A stretch of 64,000 bases of DNA from Octopus vulgaris (GCA_951406725.2 OX597818.1:130076001-130140000), one strand, 5' to 3'. Shown: positions 12,621 through 25,780, counted from the stretch's first letter. Made by a program: numbers and translations. The notes: generated from the letters alone by a model not told the origin.

Positions 12621-12678
<58 letters not shown>

Positions 12679-12765
12679 AGAGTTTATTAAAAAAACAAAA
12701 GATGAAGACAGGTGGTGTACAAAACAAACAGATATATTAGTATAATGCTCAGGAATAGAAAAAGT

Positions 12766-12801
12766 CTTTTATGTTTCGAGCCTACGCTCTTCTACAGAAA
12801 G
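12766..12801 (-). ncRNA. minimal hammerhead-like motif (family H1, CUGUAGA variant) in module 12675-12850
   Basis: CTTT-CTGTAGA-A-GAGC-GTAG-GCTC-GAAAC-ATA-AAAG. The module abuts (TA)n. Confidence 0.6.
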
Positions 12802-13492
12802 GGACACAGAAAAAACAAGGAGAGAAAAAAAATGTGTGTAGTGGCTATGTGTATGTTTGTGTGTCTGTGTTTGTCCCCACAACATCGTTTGTCTCCAGCC
12901 AGCCGGACAGAAAGACAGACAGACAGACAGATAGATAGATAAATGTAAGATCCAAGGATCAAGGTGTCGGAAGAAAGTGCGCTTCAAGCAATCTGTTGGA
13001 AATATAAAAAAACAACTTTCAGGAACAATAGGTTGTGAATTTTTCCCATATCGAAGTATGACGAACTGGAAAAATTATTTTGTGCTTCATAGTTGACTGC
13101 CAGGGCTGCAAGGTATGCAAATATATACAGATTTTGAGCAGTGAATGAGTAGAATACTCCAGAATATGCTCAAATCTATTATAGATGTGAAGTCAGCATT
13201 ACCTTTTTTAACTGGGTGATACTTTACAACATTACAGCTGTTTCAATGCATTGTTGTATTTGAAAGGCCATGTTGGCTATATATCGATATATACAATAGA
13301 GAAATATAGAGAAAGTATTGTCCTTTTGCAAGGCATTAACTGGTTAATAAAAGCTATATACATGTGTGTGTGTGTGTGCACATATACACATGTAAAATGT
13401 GAATAAGGTAAAACGGATAGAGAAACACACTTTATTGCATTTCACTACAATTGTTTCAACATAGATTTACCAGCAGAAACATTGGTTAAGTA

Positions 13493-13870
13493 TTATCATC
13501 ATCATCATCATCATCGTTTAACGTCCACTTTCCATGCTAGCATGGGTTGGACGATTTGCCTGAGGACTGACGAACCAGATGGCTGTACCAGTCACCAGTC
13601 TCCAATTGGATCTGGCAGAGTTTCTACAGCTGGATGCCCTTCCTAATGCCAACCACTCTGAGAGTGTAGTGGGTGCTTTTACATGCCACTGGCACAAGGG
13701 CCAGTCTGCTGGTACTGGCAATGGCCACACTTGAAATGGCGTTTTTTACATGTCACCTGCACAGGAGTCAGTCCAGCGGCACTGGCAATGACGTCGCTCG
13801 AATGTTTTGTTCACGTGCCAGTAAGGCGATGTTGGTAATGATCACGCTCAAATGGTGCTTTTTATGTGCC
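13493..13870 (-). mobile_element. RTE-related 3' UTR element with internal tandem units
   Basis: (CAT)n tail, CCATGCTAGCATGG, repeated TTTTACATGCCAC..GGCAC units. Confidence 0.8.
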
Positions 13871-13898
13871 CAAAATATAAAAGAACCACATCATGTCA

Positions 13899-14388
<490 letters not shown>

Positions 14389-14727
14389 TCCAGCAGTACC
14401 GGTGAATTACGCCAGCAGCACTGCTGAATTATACCTCTTTGGGTGAGCAAACATAAAGAGTTTGCTAAATCATACCTATATCCCTCTGAATATATACCTT
14501 TGAACTATATAACTGCAGCGTTATGCAATAAAGTGTTGTTGCTCAATCCATTTTCTGTTATTCATATTTTTGCATAAACACTACAGATATCACGAAATTG
14601 CAGATGTATATTCAACGATATATTGATCTCACTACAGTATGATAGCCTTTGTAAGCTGATGCCTGTGGACAAGTTTCATAAAGCAAAATACAAGGTCTAT
14701 ACTTATATTGAATTTACACACACACAC

Positions 14728-14773
<46 letters not shown>

Positions 14774-14778
14774 ATGTG

Positions 14779-14859
<81 letters not shown>

Positions 14860-14920
14860 GTTGTCTAAGAGTCCATAAGTTAGGAAAAAATGCACTCATG
14901 TATCTTTCTATAGAGTGGGT

Positions 14921-15214
14921 ATATTATCCAAAGTGTACAGTATTATAATAAATCCATTACCGCCAATCTTACCAAGGGATTCACCGGAGTGTTAGGTAAC
15001 AATCCAATTATGTAACCCTACGTTCACCAGAGGTAGCTGATATGGTATGAAATAAGAGAGCAGTCACCATATTTCATTCTGTATCGGCTACCTCTGATGA
15101 GCATAGGGTTACATAATCGGATTGTTATCAAACACTCTGTTGAATCTTAAGAACAAAACCAATTGGTAAGACTGGCCGTAATGTATATATAATACTGTAC
15201 ACTTCTGATAATAT
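14921..15214. repeat. ~290 bp imperfect palindrome of an HHR-bearing module (family H3)
   Basis: AGTGTACAGTATTATA / TATAATACTGTACACT, plus ~55 bp inner arms. The right arm has CTGATGA (15094) ..AAAAC-CAATTG-GTA. Confidence 0.85.
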
Positions 15215-15234
15215 GTACACACACACACGTGTGT

Positions 15235-15413
15235 GTGGTGCTGGTGCCACATGAAATGCACTCAATACACTCTGTGGAGTTGTTTGTAATAGGAAGGACA
15301 TCCAGCTGTTGAAACTAAGACAGACAATGGAACCTAGTGCAGCCCTTGGCCTCACCAGCTCCTGTCAAACCATCCATTCTATGCCCACATGGAAAGTGGG
15401 CATTAAATGATGA

Positions 15414-15418
<5 letters not shown>
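15235..15418 (+). mobile_element. RTE-related 3' tail element
   Basis: AGGAAGGACATCCAGCTG..(TGA)n tail. Confidence 0.7.
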
Positions 15419-15449
<31 letters not shown>

Positions 15450-15452
15450 TAT

Positions 15453-15685
15453 ATATTTCTTTATTGCCCACCGAGGGCTAAACATAGAGGGGACAAACAA
15501 GGACAGACAAAGAGATTAAGTCAATTACATCGACCCCAGTGCGTAACTGGTACTAATTTAATCGACCCCGAAGGGATGAAAGGCACAGTCGACCTCGGTG
15601 GAATTTGAACTCAGAATGTAGCGGCAGACGAAATACCGCTAAGCATTTCGCCCGGCGTGCTAACGTTTCTGCCAGCTCGCCACCC
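15453..15685 (-). mobile_element. SINE family B (Meta-domain-like)
   Basis: Reverse complement of 21217-21449; GCCTTTCATCCCTTCGGGGTCGAT..AGTACCAG domain. Confidence 0.9.
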
Positions 15686-15868
15686 TAATACATATGCATA
15701 TAGGTCTTCACACTGTTATCAGAAGTGACAAGAATGAGTTGGCTTCAGGAAAGGCAACTGGCTGTAAAACATAGATTTAAAGGGTCCCATCAAATCCCTG
15801 TCAGCAGATTTAAAAATGATCATATGTATGTTGTGTGTGCACATGTATATAGGTTTGTGTGTGTGTGT

Positions 15869-15914
<46 letters not shown>

Positions 15915-16067
15915 ACACATGAAGATGCAGTTACAGACGCCCACATGGAAAATACATAGACATATGGTAGACAGGCTAATAGATAGGTACATATATTTGC
16001 AATAGACAGAATGATGAATAGACAGACAGCATATCTATTAATGATGTATATGCACAAACGCCACATC

Positions 16068-16109
<42 letters not shown>

Positions 16110-16180
16110 TAGACATAAATAGGAAGACAGACAGATGTGTGTGTTTGCCTGTGTGAGACTTGGGTGTTCATGTATTATGA

Positions 16181-16223
<43 letters not shown>

Positions 16224-16301
16224 ATGCATATTATATATACATACATACATGCACATGCAAACATTTATCTATCTATCTATACATATATATATATGTGTGT
16301 A

Positions 16302-16371
<70 letters not shown>

Positions 16372-16432
16372 TTTTATAAATGTATATGTATGTGTTTATA
16401 CACATACACACACATATATGTATATGTCTGAA

Positions 16433-16464
<32 letters not shown>

Positions 16465-17966
16465 GCGGGGAAAGGAGGGAGGAGATCGATGGTAAGGATG
16501 TATGGTGTCATATGACATGGCAAGGAAATTACTTTTCTTCTTCAGTGTTGTTTTTTTATATTTCATCCCAGACCCACACTATTGTAAAATGGAAAAGACA
16601 TAAACAAAAAAAAAAAAACAGAAGAAAAACAAACAGTAAAAACACAGCAAAAAAAAAAAAAATCTGAAGGAAAAAAAAACGCAAGAATATGTAGATAAAA
16701 AAACTCTGCCAAAAATACATAATACTACAAGGAACATATACATACATATATACATAAATATTATATGGTGTGTGTGTGTGTGAATACAGAAATGAACCAA
16801 TGATGTACTGTATACTCCTGTATTATAGTGGTGTATATGGTTTATGTAGGGGTGGTAGAGAGAATGGGAAGGTGCAAGGTTTGGAGAACTGTCTGGTCTG
16901 AGCTGGATGGAAAGGGAACTGTATGGTGAGGGGGTGGTTGCATCGCTGGGCTGAGTGGGGTGGGTGGGTAAGGTTGAGATGGTTTCGGAAGGTGTAGGCA
17001 GGCGAGCAGGCGGATGCACAGACAAGGGTGGGAAAGCGAAAAGAGGGGTTGGGGGGTTGGGGTGGGGAAAGGATATGGTAGAATGGGTGAGAATGGGAAC
17101 AGTAAGTATTTTTCCCCTAGTTTATATAGAAAAGAGGGAGAGAGAGGGAGAGAGAGAGAGAGAGAGAGAGGGAGAAGGGGGCAGGAAAGAGAGGGTTGGG
17201 AATAATAAGAAGAGCCCTTTCCTCATTACAAAATATAAGACAAAAATATATAAAGATAATTTTGAAAAAAAAAGAAAAAAAAGAAAGAGGAAGAAAATAA
17301 AATCTTGGGGTGTGAGGAGTAGATGGGGGATGTGATTGGGGAGATGTAGACAACAAAAGTTTTGCTCAGTACGAAAACAATAACAGTTATCCTACAAATA
17401 ATATTAGCTGAAGTGTCCCCACCCATAATGCAAACCCCACCCCTTCCGTTGCTCGTGCCTCCTTTTTGCCGCTGCTTATGCCTCAGCCTCCTCCTTCTGC
17501 CTCCTCGCTTTTTATGCTGTTACTTACCAGGTTCCTCCCCCCCCACCTCGCCTCACTCCGAACTCACCGCTCCTCCACCTCCACCGTTCACTCCCACATC
17601 TACGTGATAAAGGCAAAGAAACTTAACAAATTAAATGATGCTCTTACTGGACACACATACATCAACATGCACGCAGACATGCACGCATACGTATTAACGC
17701 AGATAAGTTCAAGTACACACACACACAAACACACACACACACACACACACAAACCATAACTCATTTCCATCTACAACACAGAAAAGAATCCTAAGATGTT
17801 AGAATAAAATAGAATATTATATTGATGGCAAACCAAAATGGGTATATGAATGTTAAATTTTATGGGTATCTGCGTATATATATATTATATATATATATAA
17901 TATATATATATATGTATAAGAAAATGGGATGACAAAGGAATAAATTATTATTTTATGAACTTCATC

Positions 17967-18036
17967 AGCTTACAGCTGTTTCTCCTATAAGATGAAGTGT
18001 ACCCATAGTTGAATGCTCTATAGCTTCATCAGAGCT
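17967..18036 (-). ncRNA. hammerhead ribozyme-like motif
   Basis: AGCT-CTGATGA-A-GCTATAG...TTATAGGA-GAAAC-AGCT-GTA-AGCT. Lies between (TA)n tracts. Confidence 0.7.
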
Positions 18037-18068
18037 TCAAATATAAAGTGTTTGTATATATGTATACA

Positions 18069-18123
<55 letters not shown>

Positions 18124-18232
18124 TATATATATATAAAGTTAATCCAAACAAGAAAACACAAAAAAACACAGCAACGCGAGGACGTGGAACAAATAAAGTA
18201 TTATTGGACGCTCAGGAAAGAAGGGAAGGAGG

Positions 18233-18267
18233 GTTTAACGTTTCGAGTGGAGCTCTTTGTCAGAAAC
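18233..18267 (-). ncRNA. minimal hammerhead-like motif (family H1-like, CpG-decayed) in TA-embedded module 18135-18357
   Basis: GTTT-CTGACAA-A-GAGC-TCC-ACTC-GAAAC-GTT-AAAC. Confidence 0.6.
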
Positions 18268-18360
18268 AAAGGAGAAGGAAAGATCCCGAGAAGGGAAGAC
18301 AGAGGAAAAAAAATTGCTGGCGGTGCTCATGAGGTCACATGTTGAAAGGTCACATGTATG

Positions 18361-18420
<60 letters not shown>

Positions 18421-18472
18421 AAGAGAGACACACACACATTCATTTCCCTCCCCTTTTCTCTCTCTCTCTCAG

Positions 18473-18848
18473 ACTTGGCTGTCTGGTAAGAAGCTTACTT
18501 CTCAACCACTTGGTTCTGAGTTCAGTCCCATTGCGTGGCACCTTGGGCAAGTGTCTTCTGCTATATAGCCTTGGGCCAACCAAAGCCTTGTGAGTGGATT
18601 TGATAGATGGAAACTGAAAGAAGCCTGTCATATATGTATGTGTGTGTGTATATATGTTTGTCCTCCCACCATTGACTGATGATTGGTGTGTTTATGTCCC
18701 CATAACTTAGTGGTTTGGCAAAAAAGACTGATAGAATAAGTACTAGGCTTACAAATAATAAGTCCTGGGATCAATTTGCTTGACTAAAGGCGGTGTTCCA
18801 GCATGGCCACAGTCAGATGAATGAAACAAATAAAAGAATAAAAGAATA
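18473..18848 (+). mobile_element. SINE family A
   Basis: Family A head, body and tail. Confidence 0.85.
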
Positions 18849-19162
18849 TATATATGGTTAAAAACCTTGCGAAATGCTATGCCAAGCTCATCTGAAGTTA
18901 TTAGCTATCTGATGTCTGCACACAGTGAAAATGGAGTATTTGAGATAGAATGGTAATTTATAGTCAACCTGGCCTTTTTCTTTTCTTTTATCTATTTCAT
19001 CATTTACGTATTTTGTATTTTGATTGTAATTGTATCTTGTGTATCACTGTATCTCTGGATCTAGTCTTGACTCTTAACTGCTGAAAATGTCACATCAATT
19101 TGGACATGGATTCTTACATGGCATGAAATGAAGAGAGGATCTAACAAAGAGCTTATCTACAC

Positions 19163-19270
19163 AATCATCTGAGGAAGAGCATTTTACAACTTGGATTTAT
19201 AATAATGATTACATAACTTCTTACCAATGAACTACAGGAGTCAAAATGTGTCGAAACAATCATAGTGATT
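19163..19270 (+). ncRNA. decayed hammerhead-like motif with long stem II
   Basis: AATCAT-CTGAGGA-A-GAGCATTTT...AAAATGTGTC-GAAAC-AATC-ATA-GTGATT, followed by AATAAA. Confidence 0.55.
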
Positions 19271-19339
19271 TTAAATAAAGAATGCTGTTCATTCCATTAT
19301 ACTATTCTTTTCCTTCTTTCTGGATCTTTCCTCTTTCTT

Positions 19340-19374
19340 CTTTCTGAGGAAGAGCCATGCTCCAAATGTCACAC
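19340..19374 (+). ncRNA. decayed minimal hammerhead-like motif (family H1-like)
   Basis: CTTT-CTGAGGA-A-GAGC-CAT-GCTC-CAAAT-GTC. Confidence 0.45.
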
Positions 19375-19459
19375 CCCACCTTTTTCTCATCTTAAACTGA
19401 GTGTCAACCTAATACATTCATTGCGGATGAACTTTTGACTTTTGTTGTTTTTTGATTTG

Positions 19460-19508
<49 letters not shown>

Positions 19509-19527
19509 ATATATATACATACATATC

Positions 19528-19822
19528 AACATCATCATCATCATATAGTGTCTGTTGTCCATGCTGGCATGGGTTGGGCAGTTTGACTAGGGCTGGCAAG
19601 CTGGAAGGCTGCATCAGGACCCAGTCTGATTTGGCATGGTTTCTTTGGCTGGATGCCCCTTCCTAATGCCAACCACTCCTAGAGTGAAATGGATGCCCTT
19701 ATGTACCACTGGCATGGGTGCCATTTGCATGTCACCGGTATCTGCCATTTTACTTGGCTTGATGGGTCTTAGTTTCAAGCACGACATAAGGCCAAAGGTC
19801 TAGGTCATTGCCTCTGTGAGAG
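19528..19822 (-). mobile_element. RTE-related 3' tail element
   Basis: (CAT)n, CCATGCTGGCATGG, GGATGCCCCTTCCTAATGCCAACCAC. Confidence 0.75.
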
Positions 19823-19853
19823 CATGGTTGCCATATTTCTTTCCATAACTGCC

Positions 19854-19937
19854 ATCTCTGAAGAGTACAGGATTACATAATCTGACTGTTACCTAACACT
19901 CCATTGAACCCCTAGTGTGAAAACCAATTGGTAAGAT
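19854..19937 (+). ncRNA. hammerhead-like motif (family H3)
   Basis: ATCT-CTGAAGA-GTACAGG...CCTAGTGT-GAAAAC-CAATTG-GTA-AGAT. Homologous to 15086-15177. Confidence 0.6.
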
Positions 19938-20534
19938 CAGCTGCAATGGATGTATTATTCTGTACACTTTTATTAATATATATATACATATATATATCCA
20001 CACTAGATATATATATATAGAGAGAGAGATTTAGATATCACACACCCACATATACATAGAAGTTTTGCATCTACACACATACCCATAAAAATACATATAA
20101 TACGTATGCTTACACACACATGCTGACCTACACAGAAGTTATGGTTGTGGCACATGAAATGATGAAATCAAGGCTTCTGGAGATCTATGATGTAAATGAA
20201 CTTATCATTTGCTATGCCAATTTCAAGAAATACAGCCATCTGATCACTTACTAATTAGGCAAATTCATAAGCCACAGAGACTTCATACTCACGAAGGAAA
20301 ACGATAGAGAGATGGTAGTGTATATTGGGTCTAACCTTTGTGAAGAATGTCTCATTTATATAGAGTAGTAGTGAGTGACCTCAGAGTAGGAGGTAGATTG
20401 ATGTCAGAGACAAAAGACAAGCAAGAGAGGGAGGAGGTGGAAGTTTTAAGAGCTAACAACCTGCAATGGATTCAGAGATGTGCTAATTTATGCAAATGAT
20501 ATGATGGAAGAGAAGATATAAAATTGTAACCTAC

Positions 20535-20930
20535 ATAGGCACAGGAGTGGCTGTGTGGTAAGTAGCTTGCTAACCAACCACATTGTTCCAGGTTCAGTCC
20601 CACTGCGTGGCATCTTGGGCAAATGTCTTCTACTATAGCCCCGGGCTGACCAATGCCTTGTGAGTGGATTTGGTAGATGGAAACTGAAAGAAGCCTGTCG
20701 TATATATGTATATATATGTATGTGTGTGTGTTTGTTCTGTGTTAGCATTGCTTGACAACCGATGCTGGTGTGTTTACGTCCCCGTCACTTAGCGGTTCGG
20801 CAAAAGAGACCGATAGAATAAGTACTGGGCTTACAAAAAGAATAAGTCCCGGGGTCGAGTTGCTCGACTAAAGGCGGTGCTCCAGCATGGCCGCAGTCAA
20901 ATGACTGAAACAAGTAAAAGAGTAAAAGAG
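20535..20930 (+). mobile_element. SINE family A, full-length, CpG-retaining
   Basis: Complete head to (GTAAAAGA)n tail. Confidence 0.92.
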
Positions 20931-21216
20931 ATATACATATAAGGTTACAGTTTTATATGTTTTGACATATTTTATTATTTTTTGCAATACCAGTTGTATT
21001 TAATGTGGTTTCTGGAATCAGGGAGAATGAGAATCTTAATTTTCTTGATTTCATTTCTTTTACCTTATTCCATTTTTTGCACCAATATTCTTCCCATTTT
21101 TCCATGTTTTTCTTATTTTCTCAATGTATAGCATCCTTGTTTTTAAAATATAAAATGCATAAACAGAGCCTGAATGATTACTTGGAGATACATAGTGTAT
21201 TTTATAAATATGCTTT

Positions 21217-21449
21217 GAGGCGGCGAGCTGGCAGAAACGTTAGCATGCTGGGCAAAATGCTTAGCGGTATTTCGTCTGTCGTTACGTTCTGAGTTCAAAT
21301 TCCGCTGAGGTCGACTTTACCTTTCATCCTCTCGGGGTCAATAAATTAAGTACCAGTTTTGCACTGGGTCGATATAATCGACTTAATCCCTTTGTCTGTC
21401 CTTGTTTGTCCCCTCTATGTTTAGCCCCTTGTGGGTAGTAAAGAAATAT
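21217..21449 (+). mobile_element. SINE family B (Meta-domain-like), full-length
   Basis: Head GGCGGCGAGCTGGCAGAAACGTTAGC..GAGTTCAAATTCC. Flanked by ATAAATATGCTT on both sides (probable TSD). Confidence 0.9.
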
Positions 21450-21598
21450 ATAAATATGCTTGTTAAAGTATCATAAAAGCATGAAACTCTTAATAGCTCT
21501 TTCAGTTGTGTATTAAATTAAATTGATATCTATCTCTCACTGAACAGAATACGTTTTATTGTTGGTTCTACCTATATTGGATCTATAAACTATGTATT

Positions 21599-21664
<66 letters not shown>

Positions 21665-21701
21665 TACATATATATATATATATATGTATATATATACACA
21701 C

Positions 21702-21731
<30 letters not shown>

Positions 21732-21733
<2 letters not shown>

Positions 21734-22035
21734 CACGTGATCACGTGATCGACCAGACCATCAGATGTTGTTACACATTGCTGGTCACAATGCGTTCGCA
21801 TTGTTTTAGCCTTTGAATGACGCCACCCAGCTGGCTAAGCGAGCAGTCCAACAGAAGAAAGAGTGGGAGAAAGAGTGACGAAAGAGTACAGCAGGGATCA
21901 ACACCCCCTGCCAGAGCGTTGTGAAGCTTTTAGGTGTTTTCGCTCAATAAACACTCACAACGCCCGGTCTGGGAATCGAAACCGCGGTCCTACAACCGTG
22001 AGTCCGCTGTCTGAACCACTGGTCCATTGCGCCTC

Positions 22036-22038
<3 letters not shown>
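21732..22038 (-). mobile_element. SINE family C2
   Basis: Same head as C1 with a different 3' half ending in TCACGTGATCACGTGA. Confidence 0.85.
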
Positions 22039-22075
<37 letters not shown>

Positions 22076-22092
22076 CAAATACATACACAGAT

Positions 22093-22710
22093 GTGGCTGC
22101 GTAGTAAGAAGCTTGCTTCCCAATCACATGGTTCCGGTTTCAGTCCCACTGCATGGCACCTTGGGCAAGTGTCTCCTACTATAGCCTCAGGCTAACCAAT
22201 GCCTTGTGAGTGGATTTGGTAGACGGAAACAGGAAGAAGCCCATTGTGTATATATATATGTATATGTATGTATATATTTGTGCATGTGTGTGTTTGTGTT
22301 TGCATACCCCCACCCCACCCCACCATTGCTTGACAATGTCCCCATAATTTAATGGTTCAACAAAAGACACCAATAAAATAAGTACTAGGTTTACAAAGAA
22401 TAGGTCCTGGGGTCAATTTCCTCGACTAACACCCTTTAAGGTGGTGCTCCAACATGGCCATGGTCAAGTAAAAGAATAAAAGAATAGATATATATATCGC
22501 AGGAGTGGCTGTGTGATAAGTAGCTTGCTTCCCAACAACATTGTTCCGGGTTCAGCCCCACTGTATGGCATCTAGGGCAAGTGTCTTCTACTATAGTCTT
22601 GGGCTGACATTGTGAGCGGATTTGGCAGACAGAAGCTGAAAGAAGTGCATCGTATATATATGTGTGTATGTGTGTGTGTGTTTGTGTTTGTCTCCCCAAG
22701 AATAAAAGAA
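22093..22710 (+). mobile_element. two tandem SINE family A copies
   Basis: Heads at ~22093 and ~22498. Confidence 0.8.
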
Positions 22711-22756
22711 TATATATATATATATGGCTAATAAAGAAACACACACATATATATAC

Positions 22757-22787
<31 letters not shown>

Positions 22788-23094
22788 TAGATAGAGAGAT
22801 AGATAGATAGATAGATAGATAAAAAATAATGAGCCTTCGCAAGTGATATAGACTCACAGAGCCAGTTTTCTGGTTTCTGTGGTGCAAATATTCCCCCTGG
22901 ACAGGATGTTGGTCTTTCACATAAATATATATATGTGACAGGCTTCTGTACAGTTTCCAGCTACCGGATGTCATCTGAAGGCGTTGGTTTGGGTGGATAT
23001 CTCTATCCAGAAGCTGAAAGTATGTGGTTGCAAATTGAACTATACAGTCATACCCACATGTGCACAGACAGACAGACAGACAGATAGATAGATA

Positions 23095-23300
23095 CTCTTT
23101 ACTCTTTTACTTGTTTCAGTCATTTGACTGTGGCTATGCTGGAGCACCGCCTTTAGTCGAACAAATCGACCCCAGGACTTATTCTTTGGAAGCCTAGTAC
23201 TTATTCTAACTGTCATTTTTGCCGAACTGCTAAGTAACGGAGACGTAAACATGCCAGCATTGTTTGTCAAGCAATGTTGAGGAGACAAACACAGACACAA

Positions 23301-23332
<32 letters not shown>

Positions 23333-23559
23333 CTCTTTTACTCTTTTACTTGTTTCAGTCATTTGACTGCGGCCATGCTGGAGCACCGCCTTTAGTTGAG
23401 CAAATCGACCCCTGGCACTTATTCTTTGTAAGTCCAGTACTTATTCTATCGGTCTATTTTGCCGAACTGCTAAGTTACGGGGACGTAAACATACCAGCAT
23501 CGTTTGTCAAGCAATGTTGGGGAACAAACACAGATACACAAACATATATACACACATAC

Positions 23560-23593
<34 letters not shown>

Positions 23594-23718
23594 GATGGAC
23601 TTCTTTCAGTTTCCGTCTACCAAATCAACTCACAAGGCTTTGGTCGACCCAAGGCTATAGTAGAAGACACTTGCCCAAGGTACCTCACAGTGGGAATGAA
23701 CCCGGAACCATGTGGTTG
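23095..23718 (-). mobile_element. SINE family A: 3' half copy + near full copy
   Basis: Reverse-complement tails at 23095 and 23333. Confidence 0.85.
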
Positions 23719-24071
23719 AAATTTATTAGTAAGATATTATCAATCTGGGCAAAATACTTCATAAGCTCTCTGTTATTACTCCAGGCTAATAATATTGCTT
23801 AGATAAGTAAAGAACTCCAAGTATTTTTGTAGCAGGGTCTAGGGTTATATTTCATTACCATTCAATATTGTAAATCTGTGCTTGCACTCCAGTTATACTA
23901 GTATTTTTTTACACAGAAAAACAAGTTAGAAATAATGGTGATTACATATTTTCCCTTTATTGGAGGAAAAATGCATGAAGACCATTATTTATACCTTGTC
24001 TTACATACTTATATATATATGTATATATTAAAGAATGGAGTTGAACGATGAATTAACAAAATTCCTTTATT

Positions 24072-24150
24072 TTCAACATATGTTTCGAAGGCTGCATATT
24101 CTTAATTGCGAAGGAATAAGGAGTATATTATGCCGCTTTCTCATCAGGAA
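24072..24150 (-). ncRNA. hammerhead ribozyme-like motif with intact core
   Basis: TTC-CTGATGA-GAAAGCGGCATA...TATGCAGCCTTC-GAAAC-ATAT-GTT-GAA, followed by AATAAA. Confidence 0.72.
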
Positions 24151-24960
24151 CAGCAAGGAACTTATGTCAACATCAAGATGCACAAAAAACTTTTAGATGA
24201 CTGCTCACATAGGAGCCCATAGTGAAAAAATATATTTATATTTAAAAAAAACAAAAGAAAAACATACAAATTTCCACACGAAAGCACGTAACTTCAAACG
24301 TGTCTTCTCTGATGTGAATTTGCTACTCAGGTATCGGTTAACCGAATTATCCATAACAAGATAATTCATTCAACTACTTATATATATATATATATATATA
24401 TACGTGTGTGTGTGCATGTGTGTAGACAGATGGATGGATGGATAGATGGATGGATGGATAAACAGACAGATAGATTGATGAATAGATATATAGAAGAATG
24501 GAATGGATGGGTGGACAGATAGATAGACAGATAGATAAATGTTCACACGCATTACATGCAGAATTTACAGCTGATGCTGAGGAGTGAGTGATAGCAGCTA
24601 CGTCGGTGAGTGCGTATGTGTAAGCATATAAAGCCCTGCATATGTAAATCATAGAAAAGGAAACTTCCAGTATATGAATCATGTCCCTCCACCACCAGTC
24701 CACCTCTGGTGCTCAGCACCACAATTAAGACCAAAACATTAACCCTTTCCTTTCCTCTACCTATTAACCCATCCCTGTGCGAGAGCGAGCGAGCGGAGCA
24801 TCCCACCTACCACACAAGACGAACCCTTCCTCCCCCGCTCGCTCTCCCTCCCGCCCGCTCTCTCTCTCTCTCTCTCTCTCACTAGCATTTCAGCCCCTAA
24901 CCCCCACCTGGAGGCTATGGTCTCCGCTGTTCCTTCTTCCTGGAAGTGACACATAATGAC

Positions 24961-24998
24961 AGTGGTGGTGGTAGTGGTGGTGGTGGTGGTGGTGGTGG

Positions 24999-25050
<52 letters not shown>

Positions 25051-25066
25051 AATGATGATGATGATA

Positions 25067-25119
<53 letters not shown>

Positions 25120-25135
25120 AATGATGATGATGATA

Positions 25136-25173
<38 letters not shown>

Positions 25174-25174
25174 A

Positions 25175-25212
<38 letters not shown>

Positions 25213-25213
25213 A

Positions 25214-25260
<47 letters not shown>

Positions 25261-25261
25261 A

Positions 25262-25320
<59 letters not shown>

Positions 25321-25321
25321 A

Positions 25322-25359
<38 letters not shown>

Positions 25360-25380
25360 AATGATGATGATGATAATGAT
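24961..25380. repeat. (GGT)n followed by ~380 bp (GAT)n with AAT interruptions
   Basis: Direct reading. Confidence 0.97.
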
Positions 25381-25780
25381 ATATTAAAAGTGTCAGAGTA
25401 GATAAGAACATGACAATGAAACTTAGATACCATTTACCACTGAGCTTATACCTCTGGGGCATTCAGCCATGAAACTAAGAAAATGTTGTTATGGCGTTGA
25501 TAACAACAATAACAATAACAACTACTGCCCATATCAAACTGAGAACTGTGGTGATTATTCTTTTGCATTTAACACTATGTCAGTGTGCGTGTATGTGAGC
25601 AATTATATATGGTTTGTATTTGTGTGCACGCGTATGTATATTTGTGTATATGTGTATGTATATGTGTGTGTATGTATTCTTTCTATTTGAATCTATGTGT
25701 GTTTCTATTGAATATGTATGCATCTATATATTTTTCTGGACATGTAATATCTACAGAATTTAATGCAAGTTCTTAAATTT

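Noticed and set aside
24890-25462. poly-H/S/D/M ORFs
   Set aside because: Translations of the (GAT)n microsatellite.
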